A stretch of 64,000 nucleotides of DNA from Octopus sinensis (Eukaryota), in contig NC_043001.1 of NCBI RefSeq assembly GCF_006345805.1, positions 37,696,001 to 37,760,000 on the forward strand. Direction: 5' to 3'. Below are positions 1 through 12,048 of this stretch, piece by piece. The notes beneath the pieces were generated by a model. That model saw nothing but the letters and a program-made list of their open reading frames with translations. It was not told the origin of the DNA and did not search any database. How positions within the stretch are numbered: the first letter of the stretch is position 1; every line of letters begins with the position of its first letter. The position numbers and the translations under genes are program-made.

Positions 1-1653
1 CATATCTTCTCAGCATGCAAAAAGTTTGTAACTTTGTTTTTTTCAAAGTTTTATTCTTTTTTGTTAAGAATTAGAGGTATGAAAAAGAAGTCGGGCTGAA
101 TTATTTGCTATCTGCTTCATAAATATCACAATATTTTAACATTATTTTAATGTTTAAATCTTGCCTTACTTATGATGAGTTAGTTCCAAGTTGGCTCTGA
201 TCAAGCAAACAGACCTATAAGTAAAGATATTCAAACCATGATCATCTAGTTTTTCTTTTCTTCTAATAAATAGTGTACCCCACACTAGATTATCCAGTGT
301 ATCCTTTTAATGACTGCAGTGTGAACCATTGGATGAGATTCAGTGGTCATTTCTTGCAATTCAAATGACTACATTGAAACTTCTTTATTTGCTCCTCCAC
401 CTTAGACATGACAAAAGGAGACATTATGGAATTGGAGGTAAAATTGAAGGATTCTTAAATCCTTCAGTGATGGAAACAGAGGATTCGATGCAACAGCTAA
501 GAAATTGATCATGAAGTCATTTTTTAATGAAAATTTGAATTTGAGAGTTAAAGCTGTAACCATGGAAAATAAGTAAAAAAGTGTATGGTCCATTTATTGA
601 TTGTTGACATCAGCATTTTCAAATGACACACATATGTGCAAATCTATGATAAAAAGAGAGTTGAAGCCAATAAGTGATCTTTATGTGGTTACATGAATTG
701 CTTTGAAACAATAGACAAATCTCCCTCATACAATACCCTACTACATTAAAAAGGAGGTTTACTATCTTTGGAAAAGAAAATAAAGAATAAAATAAGGGCT
801 TGGAAGTCTTTTATTCTGGATGTACAATGAGGATTTGAAAGACAAGGCTGAAATCAAATAAGTTAAAGATAAGATTTAGTGTTACTTATAATGATTGGTA
901 AGGACATGCAATGTGAATAAATAGCATATTGAAGCTAGATTTAGAGTGTATACAGGCTTAAGTAGTTTAAAGAAGATTTAAGATTAGTTTGTAAGATCTG
1001 ACCTTCGAATGTTATGCCTTGAAGATTAGAACATGTAAGAAAGAGACATTGATGACAGTGACTTCAATAATGATGGCAGTATTGGCAATAAGGATGGTAC
1101 ATTTTCTAATTGCATAAAACAATTTACCATTATCAGAGTTGAATTTCCTAATTCCTTGAAGCAATAACCACTTTCTCACTTCTGATTTCTCTTCATTTTA
1201 TTCTAATTTTCTTTCTTTGACACCATTATCTTGTTCTGTCAGTTTTCTTCAGACTGTTTAGTTTTTACAGAATCAATGTTAGAAATCAATGCCAGAGGGG
1301 AAAAGAGTGTACTCTAGTAAATATTAGAATATTATAATATCAGTGTGTGTGCGTGGGTGTGTGGGTGTGTGTGTGTGTGTGTGTGTGTTTGTGTGTGCGT
1401 GCACGTGTGTGGATGCATGTGTGTATTTTAAATAGCATAAGGATATTTAGTATGTTCAATATATGGACTAAAAGATGGTGAAGTTGATTGATACGTATGC
1501 ATTGCAACTAGTTCACCATTTTAAGAATATACATGTATGCATATGTACATACAAAGAGGCATGCATGCATACTTGATTGTCTTTCTGTCTTCCTGGGTCT
1601 TTTCTGTTGGTGACACAGATTTTGAAATTTTAAAATTAAGTGAAAAGTCTCAA

Positions 1654-2068
1654 ATTTGGTTTTTGTTGTAATTTTTCACAATGAATCTAATTTAAGATCC
1701 CTTGCTGGATCTTTTCTATTGCTGTCACAGATTTTGAAATAATGAGCACAACAAAATAAAAAAAAAAACTCAGGCACTAACAAAAACACACACAACTCCT
1801 TTGGATTCTAAGTAGGTTGATATAAGATGTAGAGGATATCCTGTTGGTCCTTACAAATATAATTGCATATATAAAGTAGTAGGGTGTAATTAGATGGTCA
1901 TTTGGTTCCTATTTTTTGCAGATTAGCTACTACTTAGATGTTTCCCTTGTTGGCTTATACATATCAGTGAAGATATGATTAAATGCAATGTGGTGTTCAT
2001 GCCTTTCTCAAGGAAACTTGTTTTAATATAAAAGCAAACTTGGGTTACTATGACAGTACACAATATAT
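1654..2068 (+). repeat. Donor copy of a local ~410-bp duplication (second copy at 4460-5135)
   Basis: 1654-1879 matches 4460-4684 and 1890-2068 matches 4957-5135 nearly base for base (e.g. CTCAGGCACTAACAAAAACACACACAACTCCTTTGGATTCTAAGTAG). Confidence 0.9.
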
Positions 2069-2838
2069 GATGACTACTGGAACCGTTATTAATATTTGCT
2101 TTACTTAGGAACATATCTTTGATTTTGTTTGCCCTTAGTTATTAGTGTGAGATAGCTGAGAAAGTGGAGAAGAGGGAGAATAACTGTGTTCTGTCCCTTA
2201 TCTTAGATAAGTATAATGATAACTGGGTGAAGTTAATACTGTTTATGGTTCAGTTAGAGCTGTTGCAAAGAAGTTGTTATTCAGTCCCAGGACAATCAAG
2301 CATATAATTGAAGTGTTCTAGTCATAACTATATCATAATTTTTCTTACATTGTTTAAGTAGGACTACCTTGTCCAAGAAAGTGGTTTAGATAAAGGTAAT
2401 TACAATCCATGAAGTCAAAGGAGTATAAAACTATTGTAGATATGGCACAATAGACAGTGAGAGTATACAGTTTAAAGCTGGGAAAGTAGAAGGAATTTTG
2501 GCAGTTTTAAGATTTGCAATCAGGCAATCAGTCTTTGTACATTGAATGCATCATTCTAGATATGTGATTAATACTTTAAAGTAAGTATTATGACCTTTAG
2601 AAGAATAGTAACCATTAAAAGCTGAAGTATTTTCTTACTCTGGGGAGAAAGTCTAAACTTTGTAATAGAATGTGAAATAGGAGTGGTCATCATGAAAGGT
2701 AGCAATTTGAAGAGAGTGTGAAAGTTTTAGGTATAAAATAGCAATGATGTAGTGCTGTGGCTTTGGATTTTTGATGCTTGTGCAATATTTGGGTTTACAG
2801 TCTGTCTAACCTGTGCCAGCAGGGAGAGTATACATTAA

Positions 2839-2882
<44 letters not shown>

Positions 2883-3816
2883 ATTGTTGAATGAGACAAG
2901 TTATCAAGAGCCTATTGCAGCATCTTTTTTATACCTCCAAATATATGCATAACTTATAAAATGCTTATATTTGGTATTCATTGCCTGATTGCATCTACCA
3001 TTTATGTAAGAGATTCAGTTTTTTAAAAATGGTTTAAATGTTATAAACATGATTAAATGTGATATCTAAAAAGTTGATTTTTTAAATATTTACTTCAGTT
3101 TATTTCTTTAGACCAAAATCATTAGATATTTTTCTAACAACAGCAATAACAGTCACCCCCATCACAACCATCATCCTCATTATCATCATAATCATGATCA
3201 TTTTGAAAATGTCAGCTTTGCAACTGCTTGTGCATATTAATCCTTTTGAAACTAAATCTCTCATTCTAAAATGTTCATATTTAATTTAAAACCTTCCATG
3301 ATAATTTATGCAAGAATCCTTTTTTTTTCCTAACTTAATATATTTTACTAAATTTCTTGGTTATTTTCAAAATTGATTGAAATGTATGTGAAGCATTTCA
3401 TTAAAAATTTAGTCATGAAAGAGTGAAAAATTGAAGAATAGTTTTCTTTGCACAAAGTTACATTATTTTCTTCTATTTATATGATTGTGCTACCTCAGTA
3501 ACTGGGGACAAAAATGATACAAATTAATAAGTACACCCCAGCTACTATTAAGTCATCAGTACAAACAGAAATTTTTTAAAGTTTTTATTTTATTCCTTTT
3601 AACCTACTTAAACTTCTCTTGAAGAGGTAGAAATTTTCCAAGATTAATGATAATATTAGTTACTTCAAGTTACTATAGGCTGGTCCTTTCTTCTTTAGAA
3701 GCCATTGTAGCATTTAAACTGACCATATTCAGCTCAGATATTCTACCTTGTTTTATGTTCAAACTCCTAGACCCAGCCTCTTACACCTAACTTACAATGT
3801 AATTCAAGCTTGGTCA

Positions 3817-3893
3817 GGAAGTTTCATTTAAATGGTAGAGTATTCCAACCGGGTATTGGAGGCTATGTGTTCAATCCTCATGGTTGGGTTCCA
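3817..3893 (+). pseudogene. tRNA-like sequence (SINE head or tRNA pseudogene); better-preserved inverted copy at 4829-4905
   Basis: In the inverted copy: D-arm GCTT-AAATGGTA-AAGC, anticodon arm TCCAA-CCGGGTA-TTGGA, B-box GTTCGATCC; acceptor stem imperfect. Confidence 0.55.
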
Positions 3894-3905
3894 GCAAAAA
3901 TTTTA

Positions 3906-4284
3906 GGCGCAGGAGTGGCTGTGTGGTAAGTAGCTTGCTTACCAACCACATGGTTCTGGGTTCAGTTCCACTGCATGGCACCTTGGGCAAGTGTCTTCTA
4001 CTATAGCCTCGGGCAGATCAAAGCCTTGTGAATAGATTTGGTAGACGGAAACTGAAAGAAGCCTGTCATATATATGCATGTGTGTCTGTGTTTGTCCCTC
4101 CAACATCACTTGATAACCGATGCTGGTGTGTTTACGTCCCCATAACTTAGCGGTTTGGCAAAAGTGTCTGATAGAATAAGTACTAGGCTTACAAAGAATA
4201 AGTCCTGGGGTCGATTAGCTTGACTAAAGGTGGTGCTCCAGCATGGCCACAGTCAAATGACTGAAACAAGTAAAAGAGTACAAG
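3906..4284 (+). mobile_element. tRNA-derived SINE family A (GGCGCAGGAGTGGCTGTGTGGTAAG head), full length
   Basis: A/B-box-like head, GGCACCTTGGGCAAGTGTCTT core, internal (TA/TG)n, tail GACTGAAACAAGTAAAAGAGTA; more than 10 copies in the window. Confidence 0.85.
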
Positions 4285-4459
4285 AATCCTATCATTAAAA
4301 TCTCAAAGCTACAAGATAGTGTATAATTAATTTAAATCAATGTTAATAAATAAGCATTTCATTTGACAGTATAATCTGAATGTTAAAGGGCTAATTATAT
4401 ACACCCTGTCAATGTGCCAAAATACCCATCTCTTTGCTTATCTACATTTTTATTCATCT

Positions 4460-5135
4460 ATTTGGCTTTTGATGTAATTTTTCACAATGAATCAAATTTA
4501 AGACCCCTTACTGGATCTTTTCTATTGCTGTCACAGATTTTGAAATAATGAGCACAACAAAATAAATAAAAAACTCAGGCACTAACAAAAACACACACAA
4601 CTCCTTTGGATTCTAAGTAGATTCATATAAGATGTAGAGGATATCCTGTTGGTCCTTACAAATATAATTGCATATATAAAGTAGCATCCAGATCGTTTCT
4701 GTCTACCAAATCTATTCACAAGGCTTTGGTCTGCCTGAGGCTATAGTAGAAGAGAATTGAACCCAGAACCATGTGGTTGGTAAGCAAGCTACTTACCACA
4801 CAGCCACTCCTGCACCTAAAATTTTTGCTGGCACCCAGCCATGAGGATCGAACACACAGCCTCCAATACCCGGTTGGAATGCTTTACCATTTAAGCGAAA
4901 CTGCCTGACCAAGCTAGAATTACATTGTAGGTTACGTGTAAGAGGCTGGATGCTACTTAGATGGTCATTTGGTTCCTATTTTTTGCAGATTAGCTACCAC
5001 TTAGATGTTTCCCTTGTTGGCTCATACATATCAGTGAAGATATGATTAAATGCAATGTGGTGTCCATGCCTTTCTCAAGGAAACTTGTTTTAATATAAAA
5101 GCAAACTTGGGTTACTATGGCAGTACACAATATAT
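4460..5135 (+). repeat. Second copy of 1654-2068 carrying a 272-bp inverted insert (4685-4956) copied from ~3773-4050
   Basis: Direct sequence match; the insert reproduces the MITE/tRNA-like/SINE junctions in reverse complement. Confidence 0.85.
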
Positions 5136-5419
5136 AGTCAAGCACTTATTTATTCAGCCATCCATCAATTTTTATCAGGTCAGGTAACCATGAATAGGTT
5201 CTCTTCATGGTTGTATGACCTGCTCAGAAAGACTATATTTTAAGATGATGGAAATGGGATGTTGTGGTGATCTTGACTCTTTCAAATTCTTTATTAGTAT
5301 AAAGTGAATTTAAATAGTTCCAATGTTGAAACCAAATTACAGGCTTATTTCACCAGAAGCTTACTTCTATGTCATTCACCAAGAAAAATTCCAAAATATC
5401 ATGATTTTTAACTTATAAA

Positions 5420-5610
5420 ATAACATAGTAGCTATTGTTGTGTAGCTCCAAGTTAACCCTAATCTATGATCAAAGGCATTCCAACCATATTCATCCCAGT
5501 TTCTAAGAGAATACTTTTGAATATTTAGGACAACGTTTTGTATATCTAGGATGGTAAGATGTAATTTGAGGAAGAAAAGGTTGCTATTTTTAGCTCGTTG
5601 AGCAACCACA
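5420..5610 (+). repeat. Decayed interspersed repeat family D (other copies ~190-370, 6250-6430, 29410-29620, 51960-52100, 52330-52570)
   Basis: Shared motifs CTATGATCAAAGGCATTCCA, ATTATCCAATGTGTCC and GATTTGG(C/T)TGCTATTTCTAG on either strand. Confidence 0.55.
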
Positions 5611-6620
5611 TAGGTGTTTCCTAGATGGCTTGTATGAAAACAGCCATCTATTATGGTTCAGACATATTGATACATGATTAACTAAAGATAACAGAGCAAT
5701 AGCAATTTTGCCAAATCCTAATTACAAATCACTGAAAGTTCCTATTATTTTGCAAAAATTTTCTTCCAGCAGCTATGAAAACATCTGAATATAAAAGGAA
5801 AGCAGTTTATGGCGTCAATTCAAAATTTTCCTGTTCCACCCTCTATTCGGATTGGCTAATTTTATCCCTTTATAATTGTAAATCTGGTAATGGATAAGAC
5901 TTAGCCAAAAATCTACTAGTGCTTACATATATAGTTAACTTTATAACAAAAAAAAATAAAGACACCCCCCCCAAAAAAAAACCCGCACAAGGTATTAACT
6001 ATATTACAACTCTTATTTGTGAAAAGGTTAAATATTAATTGATAATTATTTTCCATACATAAAGCACAGGAAAATGTAAAGACATTAAAATATTCAACTG
6101 GATGCATTATTTTAGGTTCAAACAAGACTAATACCAATTATACATGTTTTACTGTAGTTGTTTATAAAACCAGCTAGGAGCAATCATGTTTCACACAAGC
6201 TTTATTAGATCTAACAACATGATAAATAACAGTAATACAAACCAATGAAGGAGCCTCTGTGTAATTACTTGATCTGCTAGTAATAGCAGTAAAATCTCCC
6301 TCAAAACAGACCATGCCATTTTTAAAAAGCTCTAGGATAATGTGATCCTTAAGCCCTTATAAGTAGGATGAAAAGACAGGATAATCCATTTGAACTGCTT
6401 TTGGTCATGTCTGCTTAATCAGGTTTGGCTTAGAACAAAACAACAACAACAATAGCATATTTCCAGCCAAAGAGCAACCATGTGGTTGCTTGGTCTGCTA
6501 GAAACTCAACCAAATCTCTCTTTCAAGTCACAGAGAAGGACACAATGGATAATGTTTGCCAAGATACACTGTGACTGAATAGTAAAGACACGGTGAGTGG
6601 CAAGGAGAAGCTCAATTTAG

Positions 6621-6823
6621 CCCTGTAGCATTCAGATTATTCTGTCAAATGTAATATTAATTCATAGTTTTGAATTAATTATGCATTATCTTGAAGCTTC
6701 AGTATTTTGATGATGTGACTGTTTATTTTAAGAATGATATTGTAGAGAAGGTGTAAGAGGCTAGATCTGTCTGGTTTGAACATATAACAAGGTGGACTAT
6801 TTGGGCAGGACATGGCTGAAGGG
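6621..6823 (+). mobile_element. TTAA-type MITE family 1, decayed copy
   Basis: CCCTGTAGCATTCAGATTATTCTGTC start; AGATCTGTCTGGTTTGAACAT internal motif matches 50443-50663. Confidence 0.65.
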
Positions 6824-7329
6824 CTATTGGATAGGAGGAAACAAATAGAAGAGTGAAAAAGGGAATAAATAGGAAATAAAAAGTAAAATGGAATGGAAAA
6901 CAGAGAAATAAGAAAATTGAAAAAATAAATTATTAGGGAAAAGAATATAAATGTTCAGTTTTGACAAAAAAAGAGAAAAGGAGAAAATAGAAAAATTAAA
7001 GGTAAAAAAAAACTACTCATTTATTATAAAAATGTTAGTTTTAAAGATTAATCACAAAAGAGATAACCAGAAGACTCAGTTAGCTCACGAAATGGAGAAA
7101 GAAAAGTTAAGAAGGAACAGAGAAAAGGAATGACCAGCAAACTGTTTCCATCAGCTCTCTAGACTGATACTATATTTCTATTATGTAAAATAAAACTAAA
7201 TACTCTGACCATCCAAATCTAACAATTTGCCAGTTGTAGATAAATTACCTCTAGCAGCAACTATAATTTGCATTCAACCATTCTGAAATGACTGAAAATA
7301 TAATAGACAATTTTTTTTCAGGATATGTT

Positions 7330-7575
7330 CGTTATCATCATCATCATTTAACATCCAGTTTTTATGCTTGCGTAAGTCAGATGGAATTGTTTGAGGCAAA
7401 TTTTTCTATGGTTGTATGCTCTTCCTGTTGCCAACCCATACCTGTTTCCAAGTAAGGTAACATTTTCTCCATAGCTAGATATGTTTTTCATGGAAGAGTG
7501 GCAATGAATATCATGTTTGTATGATGATGGTTCCACTTAAATCCATCACATGATGTCTAGATAAGGGCACACACA
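7330..7575 (-). mobile_element. Non-autonomous element with RTE-type (GAT)n tail (relatives ~17395-17580 + and ~58780-59015 +)
   Basis: ATCATCATCATTTAACATCC end identical in type to the RTE tails. Confidence 0.55.
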
Positions 7576-7580
7576 CACAT

Positions 7581-7784
7581 TCTTTTACTTTCTTTTACTT
7601 GTTTCTTTAGTTGAAGAAATCAACCCCAGGACTCACTCCTTGTAAGCCTAGTACTTATTTTATTGGTCTCTTTTGCCAAACCATTAAGTTATGGGAACAT
7701 AAGCACACCAAAATTTGTTGTCAAGCAATGGTGGGGGGACAAACACAGACACATAAATATATACATATATAAATATATATATAT

Positions 7785-7831
<47 letters not shown>

Positions 7832-7875
7832 TACATACATACATACATACATACATACATACATACATACATACA

Positions 7876-7911
<36 letters not shown>

Positions 7912-8075
7912 TATGATGTTCTTTCAGTTTCTGTCTACCAAATCCACACACAAGGCTTTGGTTAGCCTAAAACTACAAAACTATAGAAGACACTCACTCA
8001 AGGTGCCATGCAGTGGGACTGGACCTGGAACCATGTGGTTGGGAAGCAAGCTTCTTACTACACAACCATGCCTGT
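7581..8075 (-). mobile_element. SINE family A, full length, with expanded (GA)n/(CATA)n interior
   Basis: Reverse complement of the family A head, core and tail. Confidence 0.85.
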
Positions 8076-11000
8076 GTCTGTATGGGGTTTTTTTTCAGTT
8101 TTCATGACTTCAAATCTTACTAGAGCCATCACCTTGCACCTCACTAAACACTGACTAAGAAAAGACAGGTGCTACACTTACTATATTTATCAAGTATTTA
8201 ATAGTTAGAATGGTATCTAAAAGAAATTACTTAAAAAACTATAAGTCAAGCACCCTGAAAAAGATCAATTAACAAATATGCAGTTTCTGCAATAGACAAA
8301 ATCCTGACTTTCAAAGTCTAAAAACTAACTCTCACTGATATCAATAGGTCAATTTTAATCATCACCTAATTGTAATAATTAGATTATTTGGAAGATAAAA
8401 ATTATTTTCATTCAGCACACCACAGAAAGAAACTCTTTTCCTTTTTGAATTTCAGTTGCACAATCTGGTTCATAACTAATCACATCTCCACCAACTTTAA
8501 TATTGATTTCTAACATAAATTTGAATGGAGGGGTAGAATCAATTATTCAACACAGTACTTAACTAGTTCTTTATTTTATTCATACCAGAAGGATGAATGG
8601 CAAGCTCAACCACAGAAAGATTTGAAATCAGAGTGTAAAGGACCACTGTGTTTATATATGCCTCTGTTACTTACTTTCATGAAAAATCCACTCACACCAC
8701 AGAAAAATCAGTCTAAACTCAAGATTCTTTGACTGTCCAAAGTCAACTCATTTATTTTTTTCAGCCACAAAATTTGTGAACTAAAGAGAAATGTTACATA
8801 AAACTAATAGCTATTGATATACAATGAAACCAACAAAGTTGTGTCAATGAAACACCCCAATCTTATAATAAAAAACTTAGATATTTCCCTCAAAATTTTA
8901 TTAGAATTAAATGCTTTAACTAATAGCTTGAACAAATAATAATACCAAAAACATGACAGGCAACATAGATGGAATGTAAAACAACAACAAAAAACATACT
9001 AGACTCAAACATCCTAAAAAGATTAACTAACAAATATACTGGTACCAGAGAATGAAAACTCAGCTATATTTGGGATATTATTTGGTTTCACAAACTAACA
9101 TCCAACTAACCATTCTCACGCATAAATTTTTCCAAATTGGTGATAACTAAAACTCACTAATGGAGTTGTAAATGAATCAATTCTCCTGACTCTGTAGTTT
9201 AGTTCTTTACCAACTAGACCAAACTAGCTCACTGCATGCTTTATTGCACTGATATCTATTTCATTCTTAAGCAGGCTTCTTGGAAGAGAAAGTAAATGCA
9301 TAAATAAAACACAAATTCAAATAAATATCATGGAATATCAATATATGGTGAACTGCAAATGGCTGCAGAGAATAGTATGATAAAGCAGCAAAATCTATAA
9401 TGAGAAATGGAAACCAAAAATATTTATCTAACATCTTGGCAAATAGATAAAATGGCTACAAAATTAATGCTTAATTCCTATAATTTTCCAATAAGCTTGT
9501 GGCACCAATATTATTAGCATTTAACTCTACCAGTGGCAGTTACTATGAATTTTTTTGAAAAACTAATTGCTTCTCAATTTCAATATTACTGTAAAATTGC
9601 AATCCCAGTTTTCACTTTGTTGAATAATTTTATCAAATTCTGTATGTATGAAGGATGTAAAGATGTGTTATGCTCTAAAAACATGGCAGACTGTTCTTTT
9701 CTTTTCTTGTCTTCATGCAGAGAATAACCATTATATATTATATTACGTTTACAAAACAAGTCAATAGCAAAATTCTTTAAAAAAAAATTTAATATAAATT
9801 TTAGATGTAATCTACCTCCTGAAGTATTTATATGTTGGTGGAATGTTTATTATCAAAATCAATTTCATACTCATAGTTAGCACAGATAGATAAGAAATCT
9901 TATTTAACCCTCCTACATTTTTATGTAAATACATCATGTACTTTACTTTATATTCTATATTGTAATTACAATGGATTCAGCTCCATTGAAACTGGCTGGT
10001 TTCCCTGCAGTCTCTCTTACAATATCTTTTAGTACAGTTTTGTATCCATGACATTCTTCTAACATCCAACTTATTTACATTAGTGATACCAAAACTTTTC
10101 CCCAGCTACAGCTGCTTTGTCCTCCCTGCACCTTATCATCTCCGGCACTTTATAACGGACAGCATTATCCAAAATTGGTCATTCAACACTGTACAAGATC
10201 ATAACTCAGAACATTTCAAAAGAAATGTTAAAATAATATGTCAAAGGGAAACACTAAAACAATAAACAAAATGACTTCTAAAGAAAACCTTCGCATAAAC
10301 CCATACCCCATTAAGTAATTGTAAAACTTCAAAAGGGGTAGCAATAGTCAATATGAAAACAAAATCCTTTCTCTCCAGCAATGTTGCTTTTTACAACCAA
10401 TGTTATTTTTTTCACTTTGCACCTTCATTTTTTTTCTCTCCAAAAAGTTTTACATATGGATAATGATAAAAAGCATTTCAATCAATGATCATCACATCTT
10501 TTTTTCAGACCTAATGCATCAGAGACTATATTATCCAATGTGTGTTCCCCTTTTAGGGATGCTAAGCTGCTATTTCTTAGAGGTTGAGTGATTACTTAGA
10601 GGCCTTCTTCATTAGCCTATTGTCATTACACTACTTCAATAATTGCCAATACCATTAACTTTTAAGTTGGATATGTCTGCACGAAAACTTCTTTTCATCT
10701 ATCCTTGACTTTTCTAATTTCTTTCGTAAATCCTATCAATTTAAGATTTAATCCAATTAATGTGACCTCAGTTCTTAGTATGTTTTTCTTTTTTGGTTCA
10801 CTTCTCTTCAGTCAATGACCTACCACTGGTTCACCACCCAAAACCACATCACCCATTCTTATTGCATCTGCATTACTTTATAACCAATTTCTTTTGCTCA
10901 CAAAATGACCTTATTACCTCACTATCTTTTCAAGTTGTTAACCCACTCTATATTTTTTTTCTATAAATGAAAATCTAAAAGAATTCAGTCAACAAAATGT

Positions 11001-11828
11001 AAAAGAAACAAAAAGAAAATATTGAACATAAAGCAGGAAATATAAAAGGAAAAACTACGCTTTTTAAAAATTATACAAATTAAGTAAATTTATGTATGCT
11101 TGTGTGAGCGAGTGAGTGTGTGTGTGTGTGATTGAGGCACCATGAGAGAAAAGGTATGGAGAGAAAAAAGAAGAGAGAGGGGGGGAGGAAGGGAGAGAAA
11201 CAATAAAAGCAATGAAAGAAGAAAATGGGAATGGGAGAAAGAGAGTAACAATGAGAAAAGCAAAGAAATATGCTGGGGTTGGTGATGGTGAATAATAAAT
11301 CTACTATGGGACTGAACAAGAAAGGAAAAATCTTAAGAGACTAGGGAAATGTAAGGGAAAGACAAAAAAGAAAATAAAGAGGAGTAAATTCAAAATCATT
11401 GAACAAATGCAAAAATACTGTTAATGAATGAAGCGAATGAAAATTGGGGACAAGCATGTAAAGGATAAACTGGAAATAGTTCATTTCCAAAATGATATTG
11501 TTAAAGTAAGGAGAACAGAGGTGGAGATAAGGTAGAGAATAAGGTGCCAGGGAATGGGGATTTAATTATGGTGCAGTAACTGCCAATTGGAAACAGCAAA
11601 TAACGATTGGCTGATATCCAAGTTAGGAGTCAATGAAGCAGCACTCACTACCTAAAGTTAACCCTGGCCACTGTGCTAATCAACTAAGTTTAGTAACACC
11701 CTACTACTCGTGGAATTAAGCATCACCTTTTGTGATTTTAAGCTTGCAAGATATTTTATAATGCTACTTAGAGAGTCAGACATAAAAATACCTACCCAGA
11801 TAGATAGACAGGCAGATATATTTCATAT

Positions 11829-12048
11829 GGCGGCGAGCTGGCAGAAACGTTAGCACACCGGGCAAAATGCTTAGCGGTATTGCGTCTGTCGTTGCGTTCT
11901 GAGTTCAAATTCCGCCGAGGTCGACTTTGCCTTTCATCCTTTCGGAGTCAATAAATTAAGTACCAGTTACGCACTGGGGTCGATGTAATCCATTTGTCTG
12001 TCCTTGTTTGTCCCCTCTATGTTTAGCCCCTTGTAGGCAATAAAGAAA
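11829..12048 (+). mobile_element. tRNA-derived SINE family B (GGCGGCGAGCTGGCAGAA head), intact with target-site duplication
   Basis: 16-bp TSD CAGATATATTTCATAT at 11813-11828 and 12049-12064; B-box GAGTTCAAATTCC; CpGs retained. Confidence 0.9.

Larger units (their letters stand above)
3701..4394 (-). mobile_element. TTAA-type (piggyBac-like) MITE family 1, split by a tRNA-like/SINE insertion (pieces ~3701-3815 and ~4290-4394)
   Basis: Both pieces match the intact copy at 50443-50663 in reverse; ends TAGCATTTAAACTGACC... and ...AATGTTAAAGGGCTAA. Confidence 0.7.

Noticed and set aside
402-593. 63-aa minus-strand ORF with possible AG/GT borders
   Set aside because: It stops before the candidate donor, has no recognisable motif, and a run of this length is expected by chance.
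7684-7951. ORFs such as MYVCMYVC, YIYIYI and HTHTHT (also 15673-16125, 38429-38728, 59223-60552)
   Set aside because: They are translations of (CATA)n, (TA)n and (CA)n microsatellites.
10000-10950. Possible ancient LINE endonuclease remnants (also LAGDFN near 27650 and RTE-like traces at 24080-24330 and 54290-54600)
   Set aside because: Only isolated motifs, too decayed to delimit or classify reliably.
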